Assembly: GCF_032191835.1 (NCBI RefSeq)
Contig: NC_083224.1
Coordinates: forward strand, 51,708,001-51,772,000
DNA: 64,000 bases
Direction: 5' to 3'
Origin: Heteronotia binoei
Taxonomy: Eukaryota
The position numbers were made by a program, and so were the translations under genes. Shown here in pieces: positions 48,271 to 61,600 of this stretch; position 1 is the first letter of the stretch; every line of letters begins with the position of its first letter. The notes beneath the pieces are model-generated. The model worked only from the letters and a program-made list of their open reading frames with translations, had not been told where the DNA came from and did no database searches.

Positions 48271-51200
48271 TCATCTTGTTAAATGGAGACACCTGCAGAG
48301 CATATATTGCTGTTAGAAAGATGGCTTCCCATACAAATGCAGGAAGATTCTTCCAGAGCAAATGCTGATACAACTACAATAGAAATAATTATAGTACAAT
48401 GCAAATTGCTGCAACTCATCACAAAAGACCAAGGCAAATAATGTAATGCAGACTCAACACAATGTTGGCAATTAAGAAATTGCAGCACATAATCAATCAA
48501 TCAATATAACCCAGATCTGTGGCTACAACTTTCCCAAGATATGGAACCTTGAAACCCATTTAAATTGATGAAAATAGAAAGCAGATAGAAAGCAAATCAG
48601 TGCAAAGCAAGCTGGTACAAGAGAGACGAGAATCAAGGCCATTTTTCTCTGTACCTGAAAGAAGTTTGCTCCATCAAAGAACATTCTGACTAAGCAAGGC
48701 TGAGGTTCAGTATATTTAGACTCATAGGCATGTGATGGCCTCAATGCCAATCCATCCTTCAGCTTATGTATAACATATAACAAAAGCTTCTGGTATTTTG
48801 TGATATGTTATACATGAAGGAGTTGCCTTATATTGAGAGGCAGAGCAGAGCAGTGGTCTATCATGACCAGGATCCAGCTAAACTATTAGCTTCAGGGTTT
48901 CAATGAAAAAGTCTTTCCCAGCTCTGCTGTTTGAAATTCTGTAACTGGAGTTGCCAAGTCCATAACAATATATGAAGGGTTCCATTTCCTCCCTTTCGTG
49001 TAGGCTTCCAAAAACAGAAGAACCCCATTGATCTTTGTTACATTAAATGGTTGTGTGTGAACTGAAGATAAAGTTGTCTGATTTTAACTCTCATTCTTGT
49101 TGCAGTAGCAGCATCTCTTGGCTAGCCTTGATGGGCTTTTTGCCTGCACCTCAGTCAATAGGAGCTGCTGGGCCGCAGTCACACTCACTATTAAATCCAT
49201 CCCTAACCTGTCACTATTATACCCCGCAGCTTTTTTACAACAAATTTCCTGATCAGACATCCCTCCATCCTTCAGTTCTAAGCAGCGTTGGTCCCATTGT
49301 TGGTTGATCAGAGGTCTCAAACGGACCTCATTTTTTGAGACGGCATTCCACACGCGTGCAAGCACAGTACCGTGGGATATTGTGCTTGTTTTTTTTTTAA
49401 AGGTGCCAGAAAAGGTGGGCGATCTGCCCCCCCCCCATTTAAACACCCGGAAAGGAAGGGGAAGCCCAGGAGTTCTCTTCTGTCTCTCTGCCTGGCGGGG
49501 AGACAGCAAAGGTGGGTCATCTTCCTCCCCCTCCCCCATTTAAACACCCCACCGTGGTGTTTAAATTGTGGAGGGAGCATGGCAACTCTCTTTGCTGTCT
49601 CTCCACCTAGCGGGGAGACAGCAAAGGTGGGGGATCTCCCCCCCCCCATTTAAACACCCCACCATGGTGTTTAAATGGGAGGGGCATGGCAACTCTCTTT
49701 GCTGTCTCTCCGCCTGGCGGGGAGACGGCAAAGGTAGGTCATCCTCCTACCCTGGCAGGGAGACTGCAAAGGTGGGCGATCTGCCTCCCCCCTTCCTCAT
49801 TTAGGAAAGGTCCCCTGTGCAAGCACCAGTCGTTTTCAACTCTGGGGTGACGCTGCTTTCACAAAGTTTTCACGGCAGACCTTTTACGGGGTGGTTTGCC
49901 ATTGCCTTCCCCGGTCATTACACTTTCCCCCCCAGCAAGCTGGGTACATATTTTACCGACCTCGGAAGGTTGGAAGGCTGAGTCAACAATCGCTGGCGCA
50001 ATGATATCATTTGGAGTGGGCTCTCGCAGGGAAGCGGATGTGCACTTGCGACGAGTCACCTACAATGGAGCGTTCAAACATAGAAAGTACGCGCAGGAGT
50101 CGTCGGAAGCATTCTTATTCCGGATTTAATGTACTATCAAAAAAGTCTGCGTCTCAGTTGTGGCAGTTCGGGACATGAACGAGCCAACGACCATTGCCAG
50201 ATGCTGTTGTTTGGACAACCACATAAAATCCGACATGCATCTGGCTTTCATCCATGCCCATCTTGTCAGTTTATATGCGTCTGACCTCGGCCCTGGTGTT
50301 TTTCATAAGATCAGCAGCAACCAAACTGGGCAAGAAGCTCAGTGCAGAAAGATAAGTGCCAGCCATATTCCTAAGTGCAAAACATCTTCCTCATCTGCAA
50401 TAAATTATCTCATACTTCATTCTGGTTTCTGAAACCTCTAGGGCTTCCTTCACAAACTGTTGGGCTAATTTGCCTTTTACCGGTACAACAGGTCCCAGAG
50501 GTATATAGGCCAGTGGAAACAAGCAATGTGACTCTTCTTGGGAAATAGGTTCATTTTGATCGCTTTTTGTAAAATGTCCCAATTCTCAGGGAGCTGCTAT
50601 TGCTAGTGGCATTAAGAGAAGGATGGAGATGCTTAATGTGAATGTATATAGCTCAAAGGTATGATTATTAAACTAAGGTTTATTATTTTCATGTATATTT
50701 GAGGTTTTTGCAGTGACAAAAACTTGGAGCATGTAGACATTAGCACAAAATTAATGTTCCAGATACATTTTTTTAAAAAAAGAGAATACCCCTAATACAC
50801 ATTGCAGCAAAATTAATGTTCTCTGTGCCTTTTTCTTTTTTCTTTCCTTTTTCTTTCCTTTTTTTTTTCTTTTTCTTTTGAAGGAACAAGCCCTGCTTTT
50901 GTGTACAGTACAACTTGGCAAAATACAGGTCAAAATTTAGGCCTTCTGTTGTTAAAAAAAAATGCTTAAATTGATCTGTTGGAAATCTCTATATAAAGCA
51001 AATAGATGATTTGGTAATCTTGGTTTTGCTCTATTGTTCTATGCATCAGATCAGTGGAGAGAAAGTCTGTGACCCTGTCCAGAGATGCTTGGTGCAATTG
51101 CTACACTCAAGTAGTTCTATGACAGCGGCTCTTTAGTTGTAGAGACCCACTTGCATCTGTAAGCAAAAGCAAGTCACCAATCACATTTGAGTACAGAATC

Positions 51201-52048
51201 AAATATTGATGCATTGCAGAGTTCAAAGGCAGATTGCCTGCCTGGGTTTTGCTCACCTCTACATCTGCTTTATTTTTGTGCAGGAGAATATAGTCTAGAA
51301 ATTGTACATTGATAAATACATATTGTGAGGACTCAGAACGTAGCACAGAATTTGGTTTTCCCAGGATACTTTGGTTTGATGCATGAACAGAAGGCAAACC
51401 CTATCCTTGGCCATTCTTTCTTCATGAGGTTGGTGGGTGCTATGTCAGTTTACAGGCACAGAACAACTTCTTCAAACCTATGAAACATTCTTCTTGGATT
51501 GGGGTACAGAAATATTTCATCTCAGTGCTACTACTCTCAGTCCCAAGGCAAAGGCAGCCTCGCTCACACACAGCGAGTTAGATTCCAAAACAATTTCATC
51601 AATATTGCAGTAAAGCTGAGCAAAAGCCAGCTGCATGATTTTGAATTTTAGGTGGCGCTCTGGTTTTGTTGCTTTTTTTTTCAGTGTGCCTCTCAAAAAT
51701 GTCCATTAATTTTTAAGAGGGTTAGGAACCAGAACACAAAAGAAACACCTAAAGAACCTGGGCTCACTGGAAACTGTGCAATGTTTTCTGTTGAAGCTGC
51801 AGCATGTCCATGTGCATGCCCCTTTTGACAAACCCATGGCTCAGACTCTACTCTTAATGAATCTGCCTTGAAATTTTAGAGTTTTCTTTCAAAAGCGTAC
51901 TGTGTTTTTGATTTAAAAATTCAAAAGACACAACAATTTGAACTAACCCTATATTATGTCCTATGCAAGCACCAAAAAACCTACCTCCCACTTTATAGAG
52001 GAAAATGCTGTTCATTTCAGATACAGTTGATGACCTTGGGAAAACCAT
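48271..52048 (-). CDS. Candidate 4-exon small ORF (79 aa); exons 51985-52048, 51257-51294, 50481-50596, 48271-48292; product unknown
   Basis: GT-AG sites and matching phases 1/0/2 give MVFPRSSTVSEMNSIFLYKVGDYILLHKNKADVEQLPENWDILQKAIKMNLFPKKSHIACFHWPIYLWDLLYRCLHLTR*. Start context aaaATGg with an in-frame upstream stop. No homology recognised. Confidence 0.25.
49171..50292. mobile_element. Non-autonomous PIF/Harbinger-type element with internal hairpin tandem repeats (copy 1)
   Basis: Ends GGCC...GGCC with short imperfect TIRs and a 3-bp TSD CTG. Collinear with 56931-57762. Confidence 0.8.
49806..49987 (-). mobile_element. Sauria SINE, 5'-truncated, nested in the Harbinger-type element
   Basis: aaaggtcccctgtgcaagcaccagtcg end (ACCTTT tail on minus) and ttaccgacctcggaagg..ggaaggctgagtcaac core. 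Confidence 0.85.
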
Positions 52049-53118
52049 TTTAATTACTTTTCAAACCAGACAAAGATTTAACATGTAGATTTAATTGCAG
52101 CTGGGAGCCAGAAACAGAAAATAAGCAGATGGAATCCACAAGATTCCCTCAGTGCTCTGTATATCTAGGTAGCAGATAGGATGGGGATCAAAGGACTAAT
52201 TAGTTGTAAATGGCTTCCCATACGCATTCCAGAGTAATTATCATCTCATTTTGAAGTTTAACCTCTGGCTGTAGCAAGCCTAACATAACACAGAATGACT
52301 GGACTTTTAGAGGGATATTATATTAAAAATTAATATATAGCATCCTTCATAGCTCTTCTACAGACACCTTTGTCAGCTCTAGCAGTCCTTGGGCTTTGTT
52401 TTCTTTTGTTGTCTTGTAGACTGTTTCATATTTCTGAATGATTCCTGTTAATGAGTCATGCCTTTGGATGCCATAATTCTGGATGGCCTCCTGGAAGGTG
52501 CCGCCAAGAAACAGAGGGACTTCCACTTTTAATTGGGCAATGCACAGGCTGTCATCCTAGGGAGGAGAACAATTATGGCTTCAGAAGCCCTGCAGGACTT
52601 GGCTGTTTCTGCTTCCCCTGCAGACAGAGATAGATATCAGGCTGTGCTGCTCTACATAACTCTTGTGTTCCAGTCACAATTAGATAGCCCAGTGTCGGCC
52701 TGAGCTTGGATTTCAGCAGCACTGTTTTGTCGGAACAGGCTTCCAAAGCTGTCCCCAGTGACCTCCCTGTGATCCAAGTCACAGGCTTGAAAAAACAGAG
52801 GAAGCAAGTGCCATTTTTCAGAGCTCAGGCACAGCAATGGTGCCCTGTGCTTGTGCTCTCGTTCTCTCTCTCTCTCCCCTCTCATAATCAATAGTGAAGT
52901 CATTCAAGAGGGACAATATTTGCCTTAGAGCAGATTTAGTAAATAGTTCTGCACTTTATTGTGCTAATGGCTCCCACTGGGAGAGACAAGGACAGGATCA
53001 GCTGTGACCTTTCTGCAGGGGCTGCTTGTGCAGCATTTTCTATTGTGATGTCTCTGAGGGGAAGCTGGGGCTGAAGACACCATGGCCTCCTACATTGCCT
53101 GTTCAGATCTTATCCATC

Positions 53119-53220
53119 CTCCTTACCATGGCATTCCCTGTCTGATTACCATCCCTGTTTGATTATCTCCTTACCATGGCTTTCCATGTTTGAATACCAT
53201 GGCATTTCATGTTTGATTCC
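53119..53220. repeat. Degenerate minisatellite (ccatggc.ttc..tgt.tga.ta-like unit, about 4 partial copies)
   Basis: Repeated taccatggc and tgtttgat motifs. Confidence 0.55.
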
Positions 53221-55612
53221 TCCTTCTACAGCATATTGAGACATATTCATGGTTCTTGTAAAATATGATAGGGTGTGTGAATACACCAGATTCCATGGCT
53301 TTCTAGCAGGGTCATGAATAATTAGTTGATTAATCAACCAAAAAAGTGAGTTGATGGATCTACATTTCATCAATATGGGGCAATCTGAATCTACAGAATG
53401 TGTATTTATTTTTGAGCGATTGCTTTGGTTCTAAATGGAAGAATCAGACCAAGAGTCCACCTGATCCAGAATCTTGGTGGCAAAGTTTGGGAGATGAGAA
53501 TATGTTTTTGATGGCCTTGATTGCACATGAGACAAGTGTCAGATTGCCTTGCCTTGCCATTGTCTGACTCAAGGTACACTTGAACAGCCTTGAAACTGCA
53601 TGGTAGCTGTGATTGTGGAGTTTTGTTGTCTTCAGCCTTATAGCTGCTTTTCCATTTAAGCAGTAAGCGAAATTGATTCTTCCTCAGCATCATGGATAGT
53701 TGGTTCAGGTAATTAAATTACCAGCACTGGGGTGAACTACAACCCCCATAAGGCTGTGCAAAAAACTAGCACAGACTGCAAAGAACACCAAATGTTGCAA
53801 CTATTTTTAAAACACCATGTTTTTTTACAATCACTGTTTGCTCATGACTACTTCAATCACTTATTCTCCAAATAATTTGAAATGACAACAGGTCTGCAGG
53901 TAGGGAAACATAGAGTTGGAAAGGAACCCAGAGGTCAATGCAGGAAATTCACAGCTACCTCCCTCTCCCTCAGTTGAATTCTTACTAGACTGAGGACATG
54001 TATATGCAAAATGCTGCAGGTGTATTTACTTGACTGTTTGAATGCATGGAGTTCAAAGAGGCTTGAGTTGCTCATGAACAGAGGAAATACTCAACAACAA
54101 TAACAAATCAGCTCACAACCAGAAGCAGAATGTGAGCTGAACTGGTGGTGGTTCAAGCATCCCTACTTTTAACGGTGGGCAGCCAGGAGCTTGAAGGTTT
54201 GTCACTCTGTTAGGAATTTAAAAAAAAAAGAAAATACTGAAAATATACCTTGTTTATTTAATGGCACATCTTATTCAGTATCTGAAATGGTTCTATTTAT
54301 TTCTGGTTTATTCTGTTACATTTCTGTCCCTCCACTGTGCCTTAGCAGAGCCCTCTGACCAGCACCAGTATAAAGGTGTTGATGATAATATGCAGGTTAA
54401 TTTACATTTAGTTGGCTAAAGGGCAAGTGAATTAATATGCTTTAGTTGATTAATCACATGACTGCCTTATTTTGCAATATGGCATTTATTTACTCAGTTT
54501 TATAGCCTGCCACATCCTGAAGGCTCTGGGCAGTTAACAGATGGAATCAGAATAAACAACACTGTAAAAGAGAATAAAATTAAAACCTTTAAAATTCATT
54601 AAAAGAACATACCTGTAAAACCAGGTTTAACTATGATTCTCAAAAACCCCAAGCAAATTTGTCTGAATAATTTTTCTGGAACGTATTCGGATGGACTCTG
54701 GAAAGTTTGCACAGAATCTGCTGTCTTTGTCTGAACTTAAGTTTTGGCTTTCATTTTTTACATAATTTTTACTCATGGCTCTTTTCCTTGACCCAGGAAA
54801 TCTCATTCATAAGATTACATTTTCTGCACCCTGGGTTCTGAAGGGAGTTTTCTAGCAAAGCTGTTTCAGAAGGAGGCAGACTTGCAAAGGTATAGAATAG
54901 TAAAACAGAAATCAAGTTGCACCTTTAGACTGACCAAGTTTATTTCAATATGCTCTTTCCCGAGTCAAATGCACGTTATTACAACAGATCCTTTGTACTG
55001 TTGTTCAAGCATTTTACATTGATTATTTTATTCTTTCTACCATTGCACACACATACACACAGTTAATTGCAGTTCTCCAAACATACAAACATAATTTTCC
55101 AATTCCTTCACTAACTGTCAGGCAGATAATGATCACCAAGACCCAACATTCCTGCTGGTCTTCACAACATAGTCAACAGCTCTTTTGCTGCTTTTCTTTG
55201 GCTGCTTTCAATTTATCCATCACCAGAAGTTGTACACTGGGACCAGACCTCTGACGGGGGCACAGTTCTGCTAGATGCTTCTTTGCCCTATGCATTGGAG
55301 AGGTTCCTGTGAAATGAGGCTTTGTCATCATCAAACCAGAACAAACAAGAAAATTCTATACAACTGTGGACACCTTAAAAACTTATCTACCTATTGCAGT
55401 AGTGGCCAGACTTTTTGGACAAAATTGTTGCATGTTGGATTCAGAGTACTGAAATAGTGCCACTGTAGTGTGAACTGTGTCATGCATTAAGCTTTCAGTG
55501 CCTTTGTATGGTTTCACCCCTTGTCTACCAAACCAGGGAGTAGGCAGAAACATGAGAGAGGCAGGTAGGAGTACGGATCTCACCCTGTGCCAGAAGCATG
55601 GATAATCTTGTG

Positions 55613-58600
55613 TCATAGTGCCGTAACCCCCTTCTGTGTGTCCTGTTGATAGTATCAGTGCCGCAGAAAAATCACTCATACTATCTGGTGGTTATGCAGC
55701 CAATTGATGGCAAAACTACTGTGATGCTGCTTGCAAAACAAAATAGTGTGTGATCACATAAGCTGTTGGGTTCTGGCTACTTCCTATACACATGGTAGCT
55801 GTGCGAATATTGCTGTTTGGTGACTGTTTGGCTCCTCTCATCCAATGCTTATGCCTGAAAGTCTCACAACTCTTGGGCCATAATGCAATACAATATCAAG
55901 ATGTCTTGATAGGCTAATTCAGTTGCTTTGTTAGTTATTTATTTTCTGTCATAGCTCGTTCAAGCAGCTCTAATTGTGAAATATTTGAGAACAGCAGGGC
56001 AATTTGTTTGTATTCCTGCTGTAAAATGAGTTCAGTTTTTCTTCCACCTGTAAAAGAAGTCAAGATGAAAAGTTACAGAGGTCTTTTTTGAAGCCACAAA
56101 GGAAGGCCAAAAGTCCCTAAAGTGCTCCTTGGCTGCAGGACTTCTGTCTTATATTTTATTTCCTCCAAGACTCTCTGGATTGAAATGTGTCTCCTGGGCT
56201 ATTAAAGTTTCATGGCACTGCCACCAGCTTGCTTGTTTAATTTACAAACACTTGACACTGAAGAAAGTCTAAAGAAAGAATCCAATTGGGAGTACTTGCT
56301 TCACTGGAGTAAGGTCAAGGAGGAGACAGAAGTCAGGTAAAGTGTGACTTTGGAAGTCCTTCAGAAAGGCCAGTTTTATGGTCCACTCATGTTTCCATTG
56401 TAAGAAGTGAACACAAATATGCATTTACCAATGCTACATGTGCACATGTAATCACTTAGTAAACCGGTTATCACTCTTTTGTTGAGTGCAAGGGGACAGT
56501 TCCAGTTGCAAAAATTTTACAGATTTCCTTTGCCCTGGAGACCCTTACATCCACACTGTCCCTGAGGAAAAGCCTTTGGTTAAGGGGGGAATAGAGAAGA
56601 GCTATCCCACAAGACGAGCTCTGCTTGCAGTCTTTGGATCAAACCGGTTTGCTGCTGAGTGGAGAGCAGAATCTTTCACAGGGGTAACCTTCTTAGTGAA
56701 AACAAATTGGTGTCTTGTGGTGACTAAAAGAGCAACATATTTTATTCCAGTCAAAGGTTTTGTAGATTAGAGTTCACTTCCTTGGATACCCTTTCCTACT
56801 CTTGTACCTTCAAATCAAGCCTACACAAGCCCATACAAATTGGCTTCCATATTCCATCACACATTTTAGCACACATCTGCCCCTTTCTACCTTGGTTTCA
56901 GACAAGCTCCCTCCCAGTCTGATTGTCTATGGCCACTGTCACACTCACCATTAAATTCTTCCCTAATCCGTCGCTATTATACCCCGCAGCTTTTTTACAA
57001 TGAATTTCCTGATCAGACATCCCTCCATCCTTCAGTTCTAAGCAGCATTGGTTCCATCACTGGTTGATCAGAGGTCTCAACCGGACCTCATTTTTTGAGA
57101 TGGCATTCCACACTTGCGCAAGCGCAGTACATGGGATATTGTGCTTGGCTTAAAAAAAAAAAAAAAAGTGCCAGAAAAGGTGGGCGATCTGCCCCACCCC
57201 CTCCATTTAAACACCCAGAAAGGAAGGGGAAGCCCAGGAGCTCTCTTTGCTGTCTCTCTGCCTGGCAGGGAGACAGCAAAGGTGGGTGATCTTCCTCCCC
57301 CCCATTTAAACACCCCACCGTGGTGTTTAAATGGGGGGGAGCATGGCAACTCTCTTTGCTGTCTCTCCGCCTGGCGGGGGGACAGCAAAGGTGGGTGATC
57401 TTCCTCCCCCCCATTTAAACACCCCAACGTGGTGTTTAAATGGGGGGGAGCACAGCAACTCTCTTTTCTGTCTCTCCGCCTGGTGGGGAGACAGCAAAGG
57501 TGGGTGATCTTCCTCCTCCCTCCATTTAAACACCCCAACGTGGTGTTTAAATGGGGGGGAGCACGGCAACTCTCTTTGCTGTCTCTCCGCCTGGTGGGGA
57601 GACAGCAAAGGTGGGTCATCTTCCTCCCCCCATTTAAACACCCCGCTGTGGTGTTTAAATGTGGGGGGGGGGGAGCACAGCAACTCTCTTTGCTGTCTCT
57701 CCGCCTGCATCTGGCTTTCGTCCATGCCCATCTCGTCAGTTTATGTGCGTCTGACCTTGGCCTATATTCACTTTCCTACAAAAGCTTTGGAGTGCTCACC
57801 CCTTGACTAGATGATGCAGATTTATAGGTGACTTCAATGTACCACTTGGGTAATCATCATCTACAGTGAGTTTCTGATCTGGTTAATACTTCCAAGATAG
57901 GCATAACTGGCTAATGTAAGATTTAGCAACAGTTCTATGTTCAAGACATGCCTGGTTGCACAGACAGAGGCTAAGAGTGAAAAGATAAAACAATGTAGGA
58001 ACAGGGGGTAGATAATGACCAACCATGAAAAAGGGGCAGTGAACGTAGTAGCGGCTTAAGGATCAAGGCTTCTGGCTGGCTCCATATGTATACCTCACTA
58101 TGACCACAGGTCTTGTCTTGAGGGCCAGTGTGGTGTAGTGGTTAGACTAGGCGTCTCAGGTCTCCACTCTGCCATGCAAGCTTGCTGGGTGACAATGGGC
58201 CAGCTGCACACTTTTAGCATAATCTACCTCACAGGGTTGATTTGAGGATAAAATGAACAATGTAAGCCACTTTGGGAGAGAAAGAATTATAAGTTATGTA
58301 AACAAACAAATAGATATTAGTCCAGAGGTTTTGGCTTTTGGTTTAGTAACTTACAAATCTTTTTCTGATGCGCTTCTGCTTACCAGCTATTCTCAGGCCT
58401 GTTTGTTTTGTTTCAGGGCTTTTTTCGTAGCAGGAACTCCTTTGCATATTAGGCCACACTCTCCTGATGTTGCCAGTCCTCCAAGAGTTTACAGTAGGCC
58501 TTGTACTAGGAGCCCTGTAAGCTCTTGGAGAATTGGCTACATCAGGGGTATGTGGCCTAATATGCAAAAGAGTTCCTGCTACAAAAAAGCCCTGCTTTTT

Positions 58601-61600
58601 ATGTTTGACTTTCTCCATCTGGCAAGTGCAGTATAACAGGCAATGACAAGATACCATAGCCATACAGTTTACTTTGATCCTCCTTTATATTTAAATATGC
58701 TAATTAATATCATTTTTGAAAGAAAATATGTAATAGTTGCTGAGGATTGGTAACATGCTTTTCTAAAGAACTTGTTTCACAAGAATATTCTTGTTGGTTT
58801 TTTGAGGTTTCTCTGACAAGGACATTAGATTGGCTTCCACCAGGATGTTTCCACATACAGAAGGATTCCTGTCCACAGAGCACAACATTCTCGCCTCTAT
58901 CTACAGCTCAAAATGCACCCCAAGAAGGAGTATTTCTGGTGGCATTTGGAAATGTAGCAGTGGAGGGGGGAAGGCAAGAAAGTCATGTTCCATAGGCAGG
59001 AATCCTTCCATCTGCAGAAACATTCTGGTGGTTAGTTCTAAGCTGTTACAGTAACAGAGGGTGTGATCACACAAGATATTTGGCCCAACCTAATCATGCC
59101 TTCCCTCCACATTCAATGTGCAGATCTGCTCCCCAAGTCTCACCCATACTTACCTCATTTTAGGATGGACTAGGACCAGATTTAATAGCTACTGGGAACT
59201 TCCCGGTAGTAAATCTCTAAAACGCATACAGGGTGCATTTCCTGGCTGTCTGAATGGCCAGGGCACACGATGCACCTGCCCCGCATGCACAGAAGCAGTA
59301 TGAATGCTCCTCTTACCCATGTCCAGCCCATGCAGCAGGGCAGGGGCTGTGTGATTGCCACAGCACACATCAAAGAGAACCAGCTTTTTCAAAGCCAGGA
59401 TACTACCATTCCAAATCCCCAGTGTGACCCATACAGAGACTTGGTATGCATTCACACACCCTGAATAATGCACTTTCAATCCAGCTTTCAGTGCATTTCA
59501 ACAGCTGTTTGCAAGTGGATGTTGCTGTAAAAACCAGAGGCAACGTGCATTGAAAGTGGCTTGAAAGTGCATTATTTGGAATATGTGAAAGAACCCTTGG
59601 GTAGAAATTATCAATGATATCTATCTTGCAGTCATGCAGCACAGCCAAGACCTTTGAGTCCTGGAGATGCTCAGAGCTCTTTTTTAATTCCATGACAGTG
59701 AACACTTCAGCTAAGGCTCATCCTACACTTTTAATGCTGGTTTTATCTTTGTTATATTCATCCCATGCCAAATAGTAACTAAGTGAACAAATACTGAAAT
59801 TGGAGAGGCTTTAGAGTGGGCGTTAAAGGAAGTAGTAGAGTTTGGCAGTTAACGTAACCCAGACACAATTGCTCATATGCATTGCCTTGACGATTATTAA
59901 TTAAACTTAATTATAGCACAGCTATATTTGAGATGCTGCAGCTTGCAAAGACAAGAATTACAGACAATGGGGCTCATCCCTCCACTGCCTCTATGGAACT
60001 ATTTAAATTAAGAAATCTCCAAGGTGAGTAGAAGGATGGATCCTCGTATTCTCCCTCTTTAAAATGTAGCTAAGCCTTGCCAGTTCTGTCCATATGGGAA
60101 GCTATTGCTGATGGGCTGCCAGAGGGCATTGACAGCCTCTCCTAACGATGCTGGTGATGGATGCCAGTGGCATTATTGATGGATGCCAGCAGTATCTGTG
60201 ATGGATGTGGGTGGCACACCAGAGAGATGTTGATGGCAGTATTGATGAATGTTGGTGATAATGTGCCACTGGCACTGATAAAGGATGCCATGGTATTGGT
60301 GGGTGCTGGTTTGGGAGGAGGATATGTAATCGACAATGATGGATGACCATGCCTTTGCTAATGGAAGCTGGTAGCATTAATGATGAATGCTGGTGCTTTG
60401 GATCATCAACATCCATAGCATTAGTGGTGGCCAGTAGCTGTGCTGTTAATAGATGAGGAGTCATTGTTTTATTGAAGAGTACCAAAGCTGTTGTTCACAA
60501 ATATTGGTGGCATATATTATAGGTACTGGATTTGTTCCTCCAGAAGTTAGTGGCTATAGTGACAAATGTCAAGGTTTTTATTAAAGGATACCAGAAGTAC
60601 TGCCCAAAATTAATTTGCTAGTGGATATTAGTACCATTGATGACCTCCCATAGCCAATTGAAATAGCAGTCATTGGCGATCAGCATCAAAATCACTGCAC
60701 TTCATTGCCATAAAAAATACCATTATTACTGTTAAGTTTGCATCTGTTCTGAGACACTGGGTGTGATCATATGAGCAGTTTGGCCTGACATACACACATC
60801 CCCTCTGGATTAAATGGGCACTATCACACACAGAGACATCTAGCTCCCATGCCCCATTCATCTATACCATGCGCTAAAACAACTTCCATGCTGGTGCGCC
60901 ATGGAAGTGCATGAGTGGTGTGATCATTACACTCCATTTCTGGCATATCCTTTCCCCTCTCCAAATCCTACTCTGTGCACTTCAGTGCCCCCATAGAACT
61001 GGCCAGGAGTATGTCACACTCACCTGCTTCTACACACAAACAGTGGGAATTTGAGAAAAAACCCAACCCAGCCATGGGTCCATGTTTGCAGCACATTAGA
61101 AGAAGAAGAAGATATTGGATTTATATCCTGCCCTCCACTCCGAAGAGTCTCAGAGCGGCTCACAATCTCCTTTACCTTCCTCCCCCACAACAAACACCCT
61201 GTGAGGTGGGTGGGGCTGGAGAGGGCTCTCACAGCAGCTGCCCTTTCAAGGACAACCTCTGCCAGAGCTATGGCTGACCCAAGGCCATGCCATGCTAGCA
61301 GGTGCAAGTGGAGGAGTGGGGAATCAAACCCGGTTCTCCCAGATAAGAGTCCGCACACTTAACCACTACACCAAACTGGCTCTCCATTAGCTATGTGGAT
61401 GACCAACCATGGGCCTGTGACACTATGATGCCAGCTTAGGGAACGCGATCTGGTTGACATACACCATTCCAAACTCACATGACTTATTTAAAGCTGAGAT
61501 ACTGCCATGGCCACACCCATTGTTATTTAAAGCTGAGATACTGCCATGACCACACCCATCTGACCACATCCATTGTTAAGCCTGCTTCAAATATTACAGG

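Noticed and set aside
57077-57806. CRISPR-like array and repetitive ORFs (also 49084-49804)
   Set aside because: Eukaryotic DNA, the units have no unique spacers, there are no cas genes, and the ORFs simply translate the tandem repeat.
59155-59217. 63-nt minus-strand exon with a perfect GAG|gtaagt donor
   Set aside because: Stops in all three frames, and the donor resembles the acttacctc motif of SINE cores.
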